Assembly (NCBI GenBank): GCA_965215765.1
Contig: OZ244118.1
Span: forward strand, 1,773,309-1,837,308
Direction: 5' to 3'
Length of the DNA: 64,000 nucleotides
DNA from: an uncultured candidatus Porisulfidus sp.
GTDB lineage: Bacteria; Pseudomonadota; Gammaproteobacteria; Poriferisulfidales; Oxydemutatoraceae
Shown one piece after another: positions 42,830-52,050 of this stretch. The position numbers and the translations under genes were made by a program. Numbering within the stretch: position 1 is the stretch's first letter; each line of letters begins with the position of its first letter. The notes under the pieces were generated by a model. That model worked only from the letters and a program-made list of their open reading frames with translations, was not told the origin of the DNA and did not search any database.

Positions 42830-43750
42830 GGCGCGCTTTTCAGAACAAGGCGATATCCTCACGGTAGAAAGCGCCTTTCCAAGAGGTTTTCTTGCAACAT
42901 TGGCAGGCTCGCTGTCTGCCCGAAGCATAATCAACGCCGAGAGCCGTAACACACAAAACCCTGCCTCCGGTTGTCACGATGGAGCCACCAGAATCTTCCC
43001 GGGTGCCGGAATGAAAAACCTTCACCGAGTCTCCGCCATTGCTTTCTGTCAGCCCATCAATTTTCTTGCCTCGCAGATATTCTCCCGGATAGCCTTGCGA
43101 AGCCATTACGACTCCTACCGCAACTTGCTCATCCCAGTTCGACGCGCTTTTCAGAACAAGGCGATATCTTCACGGTAGAAAGCACCTTCCCAGCGGTTTT
43201 TCTTGCAACATTGGCAGGCTCGCTGTCTGCCCGAATCATAATCAACGCCGAGAGCAGTAACACACAAAACCCTGCCTCCGGTGGCCACGATGGAGCCATC
43301 AGAATCTTCCCGGGTGCCGGAATGAAAAACCTTCACCGAGTCTCCGCCATTGCTTTCTGTCAGCCCACTAATTTTCTTGCCTCGCAGGTATTCTCCCGGA
43401 TAGCCTTGCGAAGCCATTACCTGCTCATCCCGGTTCGGCGCGCTTTTCAGAACAAGGCGATATCTTCACGGTAGAAAGCGCCTTCCCAGCGGTTTTTCTT
43501 GCAACATTGGTAGGCTCGCTGTCTGCCCGAAGCATAATCAACGCCGAGAGCAGTAACACACAAAACCCTGCCTCCGGTTGCCACGATGGAGCCATCAGAA
43601 TCTTCCCGAGTGCCGGAATGAAAAACCTTCACCGTGTCTTCGCCATTGCTTTCTGTCAGCCCAGGAATTTTCTTGCCTCGCAGGTATTCTCCCGGATAGC
43701 CTTGCGAAGCCATTACGACTCCTACCGCAACTTGCTCATCCCAGTTCGGC
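42830..43750 (-). repeat. triplicated 3' end of purD (units of 311 and 296 bp), giving two extra 88-aa ORFs at 42840-43106 and 43151-43417
   Basis: Three copies of MASQGYPGEYLRGKKI...GAFYREDIALF* with scattered substitutions. The middle copy lacks 15 bp upstream of its ATG. Confidence 0.95.
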
Positions 43751-44724
43751 TCCGGGCTACCTTCTTCAGCAAAGGTCAGGAGCAGTTCCAGAAAGTCGCT
43801 CCGCATGCGCATGAGAATCGGCTGTGTCTCGGGATCCCCCAAGCGGCAATTGAATTCCAGGACAGCCGGATTTTTATGTTCATCAATCATCAGGCCGACG
43901 TACAGAAAACCAGAAAACGGAGAGCCTTCCCTCACCATGCCTTCCAGCGTAGGCGTGATGATCTGCTTGATGACCTTCTCCTGTAGTTCGGAGTCCATAA
44001 AAGGAGCCGGAGAACAAGCCCCCATCCCACCCGTGTTGGGGCCACACCCGTTTTCGTCTCGGGCTTTGTAGTCACAGGCAGACGCCAAAGGCAAAAAACG
44101 TGTGCCATCAACCATGCACATAAAGCTCGCTTCCCTGCCGGGCAAAAATTCTTCAAGCAATATCTTTCTTCCAGCTTCACCATGAATGTCCGCAACCAAC
44201 ATGGCATTAATCGCCCGCTGCGCCTCAGCGAGATCTCTTGCGACCACCACTCCCTTCCCCGCTGCCAGACCATCCGCTTTTATCACCAGAGGCAAAGCAC
44301 ATCGGGATGCGTAAGCCATCGCCTCCTCGGCATCTTCAAAGGCCGCACTGGCTGCGCAAGGAATGTGATTCTTATGCATAAAATGCTTGCTGAACGCTTT
44401 TGAAGATTCAAGGCGCGCGGCCATCTGTCGTGGGCCGAAAATCGCAAGCCCTTTCTCTTGGAAACGATCCACGATACCGAGTGCCAAAGGAATTTCCGGG
44501 CCGACCACCGTTAAATCCACGGAGTGTGCTTGCGCAAAAGCCAGCAAAGCACTGACATCATCCGCCTGAAGAGGGACATTCTCCGCCTTCGGTTCCCGCA
44601 TGGTTCCCGCATTGCCAGGGGCGACGAAAACCCTTTTTGCCAAAGGGCTTTTGGCGAGCTTCCATACCAAGGCATGCTCTCTCCCGCCACCGCCGACCAC
44701 CAATATATTCAGATTATTCTTCAC
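43447..44724 (-). CDS. purD: phosphoribosylamine--glycine ligase
   Basis: LVVGGGGREHAL, VVGPEIPL, LESSKAFSK, KADGLAAGKGV, GPNTGGMGA, EFNCRLGDPETQ. Confidence 0.98.
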   Translation of the reverse strand: MKNNLNILVVGGGGREHALVWKLAKSPLAKRVFVAPGNAGTMREPKAENVPLQADDVSALLAFAQAHSVDLTVVGPEIPLALGIVDRFQEKGLAIFGPRQMAARLESSKAFSKHFMHKNHIPCAASAAFEDAEEAMAYASRCALPLVIKADGLAAGKGVVVARDLAEAQRAINAMLVADIHGEAGRKILLEEFLPGREASFMCMVDGTRFLPLASACDYKARDENGCGPNTGGMGACSPAPFMDSELQEKVIKQIITPTLEGMVREGSPFSGFLYVGLMIDEHKNPAVLEFNCRLGDPETQPILMRMRSDFLELLLTFAEEGSPEPNWDEQVAVGVVMASQGYPGEYLRGKKIPGLTESNGEDTVKVFHSGTREDSDGSIVATGGRVLCVTALGVDYASGRQRAYQCCKKNRWEGAFYREDIALF

Positions 44725-44967
44725 GAATGTGACTCCCTGTCCCTGACAAAAATAAGGCATGTCCGCGAGCTTTGCCACAGGGTATCCGGCGACACCAGCA
44801 CCCCGACTTGTCGGGAATCACCCGGCCAGATGACTGTGACACACCGTTCTGGCAGTCCATGGTCAGGACATCCCGAAAAAATCGCCGGCCACCAGCATCG
44901 GCAGGGATCAAACAACAGGGCACCGCACCAGCGGTCGTGCCGCTTCAAGACCAAAGCAGGCTCGGGC

Positions 44968-46512
44968 TCAGTGGTGAAAATGACGAATGCCGGTAAATAC
45001 CATAGCAACACCTCGAGCGTCTGCGGTCGCCACAATTTGCTCGTCTCGTTTTGAACCACCCGGCTGAATCACCGCCACCACTCCCGCATCACAGGCAATC
45101 TCCAGGGCATCTGGAAAAGGGAAAAAAGCATCTGAAGCCATGACTGGCGGTGAAACATGCGCTGGCGACTTCTGCACCGCCAATCGCACCGCTTCAACAC
45201 GAGAAGTCTGCCCTCCTCCGATACCAGTTGTACACAGACCACTTGCCAGCACGATCGCATTGGATCTGACGTATTTGGCAACCCGCCAGGCAAACTTCAA
45301 ATCCATCCATTCCGTCTCCGATGGCTGGCATCTGGTTACGCACCGCAATAACTCGCTGTTGAAGTCCACGTCATTTTCTTCCTGAACAAGAACCCCGCCG
45401 GCGACACGGCGATACTGAACCCCCCCGGCATTCGCCGTGGCAGCCACCACACGCAGTGCCGGCTTGGCGGCAAAGCAGTTCAAAGCCTCATCCGCCACGC
45501 TTGGAGCCACGACCAATTCCACAAATTGCCGTGCCAGCACCTCCTGCGCAACAGGCAAGTCAACTGCGTGATTGAATGCGACAATTCCCCCGTAAGCAGA
45601 CTCAGAGTCCGCCTCACAGGCGCGAACATAAGCACCTTGCAAATCTTGAGCGCAGGCCGCACCACACGGGGTCGCATGTTTCACGATCACACAGGCCGCC
45701 TGCTCAAACTGCGACACGCAACGCAAGGCCACATCCATGTCCGCAATGTTGTTAAAAGAAAGATCCTTCCCCCGCAGTTGCACCATGCTCCCTGTGCTGT
45801 TGCAGTCGGCATAAAGCGCACTGGCCTGATGCGGATTCTCACCGTAACGAAGCTCGTTCTTTTTAAGAAACACTGGTGACAAAAACTCCGGAAAAACTTC
45901 GTCTTTTTTTGCGAACCAGTTACTGATTTCAGCATCGTAGCGCGTGGTCACCGCAAAGGCTTTGGCAGCCAGTCTGCGGCGCAAACTGACCGGCAAAGTG
46001 CCGGAATTTTCCTGCAAGGTCTTTTCGATGACCGGGTAGTCTTCCGGATCACTTAATACCGCCACATAACGATGATTTTTCGCACCAGCCCTCAACAGCG
46101 CCACCCCACCAATATCAATATTTTCCAGCGCAGCCTGAAAATCATCCGGGAAGTTCGCCACGGTTTCTGCAAAAGGGTATAAATTCACGACCACCATATC
46201 TATTCCCTGTATTCCCGAAGCTTCCATTTCCGCATGGTGCTGCGCCCGATCCGCCAACAGCCCACCATGAATTTTCGGATGCAGGGTCTTGACCCGCCCA
46301 CCAAAAAATTCCGGGCTACCGGTATAGTCACAAACCTCAACAACTTCGACACCCTCCGCACTCAGCGCCTTGGCGGTCGCCCCGGTTGACAAAATTTCCA
46401 CCCCATGCGCGGAAAGAAAACGCGCGAACGATGCAATCCCTTCCTTGTCCGACACGCTCAGCAAGGCGCGGCGCACAGGGAGAAAATCATCCTGCAAAAC
46501 AGATTTTTTCAT
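44968..46512 (-). CDS. purH: bifunctional AICAR formyltransferase/IMP cyclohydrolase
   Basis: RRALLSVSDK, GGRVKTLHPKIHGG, VNLYPF, IDIGG, LRYGENPHQ, IVKHATPCG, ASDAFFPF, TGIRHFHH. Confidence 0.98.
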   Translation of the reverse strand: MKKSVLQDDFLPVRRALLSVSDKEGIASFARFLSAHGVEILSTGATAKALSAEGVEVVEVCDYTGSPEFFGGRVKTLHPKIHGGLLADRAQHHAEMEASGIQGIDMVVVNLYPFAETVANFPDDFQAALENIDIGGVALLRAGAKNHRYVAVLSDPEDYPVIEKTLQENSGTLPVSLRRRLAAKAFAVTTRYDAEISNWFAKKDEVFPEFLSPVFLKKNELRYGENPHQASALYADCNSTGSMVQLRGKDLSFNNIADMDVALRCVSQFEQAACVIVKHATPCGAACAQDLQGAYVRACEADSESAYGGIVAFNHAVDLPVAQEVLARQFVELVVAPSVADEALNCFAAKPALRVVAATANAGGVQYRRVAGGVLVQEENDVDFNSELLRCVTRCQPSETEWMDLKFAWRVAKYVRSNAIVLASGLCTTGIGGGQTSRVEAVRLAVQKSPAHVSPPVMASDAFFPFPDALEIACDAGVVAVIQPGGSKRDEQIVATADARGVAMVFTGIRHFHH

Positions 46513-46768
46513 AGGAAACAGGCGGAACTCAGCCCGGTTGCAAAACACACAAAAAAGATGAAGCCGGTAGTGTACATTCACCAGCCGCTGAAATCACAAA
46601 CGCTGCCCCGAGGCATCTACGAGCGAAGCCCCTTATTTTTAACCGCGAAAAACGCGAAAGTCAGTATTTGCAGTCCTGCTGCGCAGGTGGGGTAGCAGGT
46701 GGGGTAGAGTAGTCAAAAAATTTTGCCGGGTTTACCAAAGTCATCCTGGGCAACAGGAGGAAGTTAAG

Positions 46769-47359
46769 ATGAAATCCATTTCAGTTGGACTGGCTCTCTT
46801 GGTCGCGGCTTTCGTGCTGCCGGCAGCTTACGGAGGTTCCTCCAAGTCTGCTTCGCCGGAAAACTCTCGAACATTGAACAAAAGTTACGATGATGTGTGG
46901 CGCACTGTTGGCAACTATGTCAGCACCTCCTCATTCGTAATTGATGAATTCGAGAAAGACTCGGGGCTGATCACATTTTCTTTCGGACAAAGCGACATCT
47001 CGAAGTACGTCGATTGTGGGCAGTGGACTGAACCAAAATCCAGGTGGGGTGACTCCGAATCCAGGTTCGAAGGGCACTACGCTGACTATCTTGAGCGCTC
47101 TTCCAAAGGAACCCTGTCAGGAAAGATGAATATTTCTGTTCGAGAGATATCTGAATACAAAACCTCTGTAAAAACCGATGCTCAATATATTCTTACCGCT
47201 TTTTTCTACAACCCTCTAAACTACCTGAATCCTGTCCGAATCACTTGGGGTTTTAGCAGTGGCAGTTACGAAGATGATGGCTATGGTGGTGCCACCCACA
47301 GATGTCAACCCACGTATTTTCTGGAAAAGAGCATCCTGGACGCAGCGTCGTCAGACTAA
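46769..47359 (+). CDS. exported hypothetical protein, lipoprotein-family paralog 1 (lipobox Cys absent)
   Basis: Strong RBS (aggaggaagttaag ATG), hydrophobic signal, conserved SYDDVW/EKDSGLIT/YVDCG/CQPT. Differs from 53672-54262 at 3 residues. Confidence 0.8.
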   Translation: MKSISVGLALLVAAFVLPAAYGGSSKSASPENSRTLNKSYDDVWRTVGNYVSTSSFVIDEFEKDSGLITFSFGQSDISKYVDCGQWTEPKSRWGDSESRFEGHYADYLERSSKGTLSGKMNISVREISEYKTSVKTDAQYILTAFFYNPLNYLNPVRITWGFSSGSYEDDGYGGATHRCQPTYFLEKSILDAASSD

Positions 47360-47431
47360 AACATCCTCCCAACCAATCCTTCTTTGGCTTAAAAATCTTT
47401 GGGTCAGTTGGTCAACGCCAGAAACGTGAGT

Positions 47432-47507
47432 TGGCGCGCCCAGCAGGATTCGAACCTGCGACTTCTGCCTCCGGAGGGCAGCACTCTATCCACTGAGCTA
47501 CGGGCGC
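47432..47507 (-). tRNA. tRNA-Arg(CCG), variant copy with two C>T changes
   Basis: 76-nt cloverleaf with anticodon loop CTCCGGA, GGTTCGAATCC and encoded CCA. The changes create G7:U66 and G10:U25 pairs. Confidence 0.88.
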
Positions 47508-47603
47508 ACAAAAGGGGAGCTTGGCTGATCCACAAGGTGCAAATCCAGGCACATGCAACTAATAGTGAACATTAGGCTCCAAGGTGCTTATAATCAGGAC
47601 TCC

Positions 47604-47858
47604 AATGCGCGGAAAGAAAACGCACGAACGATGCAGCCCACGCCTTGTTCTGCGCGTTCAGCAAAGTGCCCGTACAGAGAGGAAATTATCCTGCAAAGTA
47701 GATTTTTTCATAGGAAATTGGCGGAACTCAGCTTGGTTGCGAAGCACTCTAAAAGACGAAATCAGTAGTGTGCATTTACCGGTCGTTGAAATCACAAACG
47801 CAGCTCCGAGACACCCACAAGCGAAGCCTTTTATTTTTAACCGCGAAAGACGTGAGAA
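47604..47858 (-). repeat. decayed copy of the purH 5' end and upstream region (another at ~54506-54725)
   Basis: atgcgcggaaagaaaacgcacgaacgatgca...gattttttcataggaaa...aaatcacaaacg aligns to 46405-46660. Confidence 0.85.
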
Positions 47859-47941
47859 GAAGGTGCAACCAGAAGAGCCAATGGAATCATCTAAGCAAGG
47901 CACACCTTACTTGGGTAGCCTTCAACACCGGAACCATGAAT

Positions 47942-47974
47942 TGGTGCGCCCGGCAGGACTCGAACCTGCGACTT
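47942..47974 (-). repeat. 33-nt 3' fragment of tRNA-Arg (att-like remnant)
   Basis: tggtgcgcccggcaggactcgaacctgcgactt matches the tRNA 3' end with 2 mismatches; AT-rich cargo starts directly after it. Confidence 0.8.
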
Positions 47975-48070
47975 GTGCAAAACGCGCCTTTTTCGCATAA
48001 GTTTGACCCTGAAAATTATCTTGAAATGCTATGCTACGTTAAATAAAATTAACTTGATTTACTGCTGTTT

Positions 48071-49063
48071 ATGAATTACTTAGAATCATTAAATTCCCTT
48101 TCCCCACAGAATTGTCAAAATGCAGAGTTTGTTGCTCTGGACTTGTTCGCGGGTTGTGGTGGTCTTTCACTGGGTTTTGAGAGTGCTGGAATTAAGACAA
48201 TAGGAATAGAAAAAGATGCCGCCTGCGTTGAAACTTATAAATCAAATTTATCAGGAGATTGCTTCGAACAATTTATTGATACCGACTTTGACTTTCCTTA
48301 TGCGGACATTGTGATTGGAGGACCACCTTGCCAACCATTCAGTGTAGGAGGTAAGCAGCTGGGGCTCAGAGATTCCAGGGATGGGTTCCCAGCTTTCATA
48401 CGAGCAATTGAACAGTTAAGACCTCGCATTTTTATTATTGAGAATGTCCGCGGCATGAAGTTCAGAAGTAGGTCTTATTTTGGTGAAGTTTTAAAATCTC
48501 TATCCAAATTGAATTACGATATTCAATATGAGATTCTAAACGCAAAGATGTACGGAGTTCCACAAAATAGAGAACGCCTATTTGTTGCCGCCACCAAGAA
48601 TACTCGGTTCGAATTTCCAGCCCCAGAGGCGCATGTTTACTCAGCGCGTGACGCTATTGCAGATACTGCTTTTAATTATGGTGCCGACGACATTTTCCTT
48701 ACCTCAAGTCAGGATGCCTACGTCGCGAAGTACGAGAAAGCATCGAAATGTGTCAATCCGCGTGACCTTAATTTAGACAAGCCCGCTCGAACGCTTACAT
48801 GCCGTAATCTTGCGGGTGCAACTGGAGACATGCATAGATTATTAATGCCTGATGGTAGAAGGAGGAGGTTATCCGTCAGGGAGAGTGCCCGTCTACAGAG
48901 TTTTCCTGATTGGTTCAGATTCTCAGGAACCAAGGCTTCTCAATTTTACCAAATTGGGAACGCAGTTCCTCCAGTCCTGTCTTATAAATTTGGTGTTAAA
49001 GTTTTGGATGCACTTTACGGCAGGAGTGGTAATTCAAGAAGACAGTTACCGTTGAAAATATAG
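48071..49063 (+). CDS. DNA (cytosine-5) methyltransferase of a type II R-M system
   Basis: DLFAGCGG, GGPPCQPFS, IENVRG, GVPQNRERLF, RESARLQSFPD, QIGNAVPP; AT-rich. Confidence 0.95.
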   Translation: MNYLESLNSLSPQNCQNAEFVALDLFAGCGGLSLGFESAGIKTIGIEKDAACVETYKSNLSGDCFEQFIDTDFDFPYADIVIGGPPCQPFSVGGKQLGLRDSRDGFPAFIRAIEQLRPRIFIIENVRGMKFRSRSYFGEVLKSLSKLNYDIQYEILNAKMYGVPQNRERLFVAATKNTRFEFPAPEAHVYSARDAIADTAFNYGADDIFLTSSQDAYVAKYEKASKCVNPRDLNLDKPARTLTCRNLAGATGDMHRLLMPDGRRRRLSVRESARLQSFPDWFRFSGTKASQFYQIGNAVPPVLSYKFGVKVLDALYGRSGNSRRQLPLKI

Positions 49064-50025
49064 TGGATACAAAAAAGAAAAAGAAAGTTGAAGAGGCAAT
49101 TCAAGTTCTCATTGAATTAGGTATGCCAAAAGAACAGCAAAATGACCGCTCAGCACTTTGTTTGCTGGCACTCCTGAATTTACCGGAAAATGTAGCTTGG
49201 TCTAATTCTGGCAGGCCCATGTTGGGTGTCACTCCAATTATGGAGTGGATAAAAAAATACTATGAAACGACTTACGCGCCAAACACCAGGGAGATCTTTA
49301 GAAGACAGACGCTACACCAGTTTATGGAAGGTAGCATCGTTGAGTATAATCCTGATGACCCGGGACGCCCTGTTAACAGCCCTAAGGCGTGTTATCGGAT
49401 CACCGAAGAGACCCATAATTTGCTGACCCAATATGGATCAGCGAGTTGGAGAAAAAGCGCGAAGCAATGGAAAGGAAATAAAAGAACGCTTTCGCAAAAA
49501 TACGCACAGGAAAGAAACCTAAATAAAGTTCCCGTCTCATTTCAAGGTAGGCAGGTACTGCTCAGCCCTGGCGTTCATAGCAAGTTAATAGAGACAGTTG
49601 TGTCAGAATTTGGTTCTAGATTTGCGCCAGGAGCAATTGTAGTTTATCTCGGTGATACAGGCGCAAAGCAAGAACTTCTTGACCAAAAAACATTACTATC
49701 GCTTGGAATGAAGGTTGCTAAAAAAGGAAAACTGCCTGATGTGGTTTTATACCTTGAAGACAAGAATTGGTTATTTCTTATTGAGGCGGTAACAAGTCAT
49801 GGCCCGATTGATGAGAAACGATTACAAGAACTAAAAAATTTATTTGGCGATTGTCTGGCGAATTTGGTTTTTGTTAGTGCGTTTTCAGACAAACAGACGA
49901 TGGCTAAGTATATGCCTCAGTTGGCATGGGAAACCGAGGTGTGGATTTCTGAGGCTCCAAGCCACATGATACACTTTAACGGGGAAAAATTCCTGGCTTC
50001 TTATTCATCCGGCGGGCAATCCTGA
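49063..50025 (+). CDS. BsuBI/PstI-family type II restriction endonuclease
   Basis: YAPNTREIFRRQTLHQF, RPVNSPK, LSPGVHSKL, YLGDTG, GKLPDVV, IEAVTSHGP, LAWETEVW, HMIHFNGEKFL. The start overlaps the MTase stop. Confidence 0.92.
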   Translation: MDTKKKKKVEEAIQVLIELGMPKEQQNDRSALCLLALLNLPENVAWSNSGRPMLGVTPIMEWIKKYYETTYAPNTREIFRRQTLHQFMEGSIVEYNPDDPGRPVNSPKACYRITEETHNLLTQYGSASWRKSAKQWKGNKRTLSQKYAQERNLNKVPVSFQGRQVLLSPGVHSKLIETVVSEFGSRFAPGAIVVYLGDTGAKQELLDQKTLLSLGMKVAKKGKLPDVVLYLEDKNWLFLIEAVTSHGPIDEKRLQELKNLFGDCLANLVFVSAFSDKQTMAKYMPQLAWETEVWISEAPSHMIHFNGEKFLASYSSGGQS

Positions 50026-50929
50026 CTTGCAATTCCCGCTATTTTGCGATAAAGCAAAACTGTTTGACGAAGCCATCTATTCAAGGATTTCCCAAAAAAT
50101 TCAATTCTTCAACCACTGTTTTTAGATTTCATATCGGGTCTTTCACTTGTTAAAGACCCCAACACGTGAAAGAGGTGTATAAGAACTATTCTGTCTTCCT
50201 GATTAAATCTACCTGCTCGCAAATATCTTTAAAACCGCCTTGTGTTTTTTCATATATTCTTCCAAGTCATCTAACGGTTTCTCCTTGAATTTCTGTCGTG
50301 TAGGCTTGAAATGTCTTGCAGCACCATTTCAATGTTTCTTTGCATTACGAGGAATACAAGAAGAGCACTTTTACGAATGAGACGGGACTCATTTAGTTCT
50401 TCTGGTTCCGGGATCTGTTTTTGGAGGAGTAATTGGCTGGCATCTTTGTCCACTTACAAACTCTGCAATGCAAAAGGTTGGCTAAAATGTAAAAGACGAT
50501 TCGTGATGGTTCAGCAACTCGCATGTCCAAGACTATATTCCACGGGCAGAGCAGTTCCATTTGACTGTGTAAAGGCCGTTCACGTTGAGAGCCAAGTGGC
50601 AGTCTGGCGTACTCTGCACATTGTCTTTGGCTCCTGTTTCACTGACGGCCAGAGCGAATACTTTAAAATTTATGAAATACTAACAAGCCTGCTTTTGAAG
50701 CAACTTGACCATGAAGCGGCACCCTACAGGCTAATAATAAGAATAAAGCAATTGATGCGTAGTCTCGCGAGGCGGCAAAGTGACTTTCATTCAGGAAACC
50801 GACCCTGAACTTTGCTGGAATGTCTATCCTGACTAACTCTGTTCTTGCAGCGGTCAATTTTAACCACACACCTGAGGTTTCTGACCCGGAGAAGCCACCT
50901 TCCGTGATAAAAACCAGAAGGAAGTTAAG

Positions 50930-51653
50930 ATGAAATTAATTTCAGCTGGATTGGTTCCCTTGGTCGCAACTTGGCATCCACGCATCGTACCGGCATGGAT
51001 GTCTTGTACAAGGCTGCTTCGGGAGGTCTGAACGCCATGCCACCCAGAGTGGCCGCACGGGCTTGCCTGATGCTGACATAAAAGTAGCAGTGGATTACAT
51101 GATTCAATCCGCACTTGAAACAGCCACAGATGCAGGCGTAGGAAGCGTGACCAAAAAGACCAAGACCGCTGGCGCAACATGCCTGCCGGCTCCCCGGAAA
51201 ACTCTATGCCGGCTGAATTGGGAACGCCGGAATACTCTCGAACATTGAACAAAAGTTACGATGAGGTGTGGCGTACAGCTGCGAAGCTACGTCAGTGCCT
51301 CCTCATTCGCAATTGATGATTTCGAGAAAGACTCGGGTCTGATCACATTTTCTTTCGGGCAAAGCGACATCTCGAAGTACGTCGATTGTGGGCAGTGGAC
51401 TGAACCCGAATCCAAGTTCGAAGGACACTACGCTGACTATCTTGGGTGCTCTTCCAAAGGAACCCTGTCAGGAAAGATGAATATTTCTGTTCGACAAATA
51501 TCTGAAAACAAAATCTCCGTAAAGGTTAATGCTCGGTATGCCTTTAGTGCCTTTTCATCTGAAAGTGGCAACCTTGACGAAGTTAATGGCTTCAGGTGCC
51601 GACCCACTTATGTCCTCGAAAAAGGCATCTTGGACGCAGTGTCGTCGAACTAA
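50930..51653 (+). pseudogene. disrupted lipoprotein-family paralog containing an inserted, decayed cytochrome c5 fragment (~50977-51172)
   Basis: gaagttaag ATG AAA TTA ATT TCA GCT GGA start, then sequence homologous to the 58911-59747 gene (...LPDADIKVAVDYM...), then a frameshifted lipoprotein body (FAIDDFEKDSGLITFSFGQSDISKYVDCGQ). Confidence 0.82.
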
Positions 51654-51924
51654 AACCCCTTCCCAACTGACCACTCTTTGGCTTAAAAATCTTTGGGACT
51701 GTTGGTCAACGCCAGAAACGTGAGCTGGCGCACCTGAGCGGAGAAAGCTCAAGCACCCTGTTTGACATTCTCGCTCAATGGAATCAGGTGCTGGCTGCCA
51801 TTCAAAAACCTGCAAATGGCTCCTTACGTGACATTTGCGGGGTAGCTTGATGACAAAAAAGACGCCACTCTTCTCCTTCAAACTGATTTTTGAAGAACGC
51901 GCCCAGCTTAAAGAGTTCACCGGA

Positions 51925-52050
51925 GACACGCCGTTCTGGATCGAGTTATCGACAAACCACGCAGGCAAACCAGGATTTGTAATTAAGATGGGGGAGATTG
52001 GATAGAACAATAACGCCGGGTCGGATATTTACGGAGTTAACCTGAGCCAT
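51925..52050 (-). pseudogene. truncated, frameshifted N-terminus of a GHKL/MORC-like ATPase
   Basis: ATG overlaps the dcm stop: MAQVNSVNIRPGVIVLSNLPHLNYKSWFA-[shift]-AWFVDNSIQ, matching the LNYxxWxALAEFVDNS N-box pattern. Confidence 0.65.

Noticed and set aside
42830-43750. Diversity-generating retroelement (TR/VR pair) as the explanation for the purD repeats
   Set aside because: Differences are not adenine-specific (CCT/AGT/GAT, C>A, C>T and G>A all occur) and no reverse transcriptase gene is present in the window.
44725-44967. ZTP or other purine riboswitch in the purH-purD gap or upstream of purH
   Set aside because: No recognisable consensus by eye; an Rfam search would be needed.
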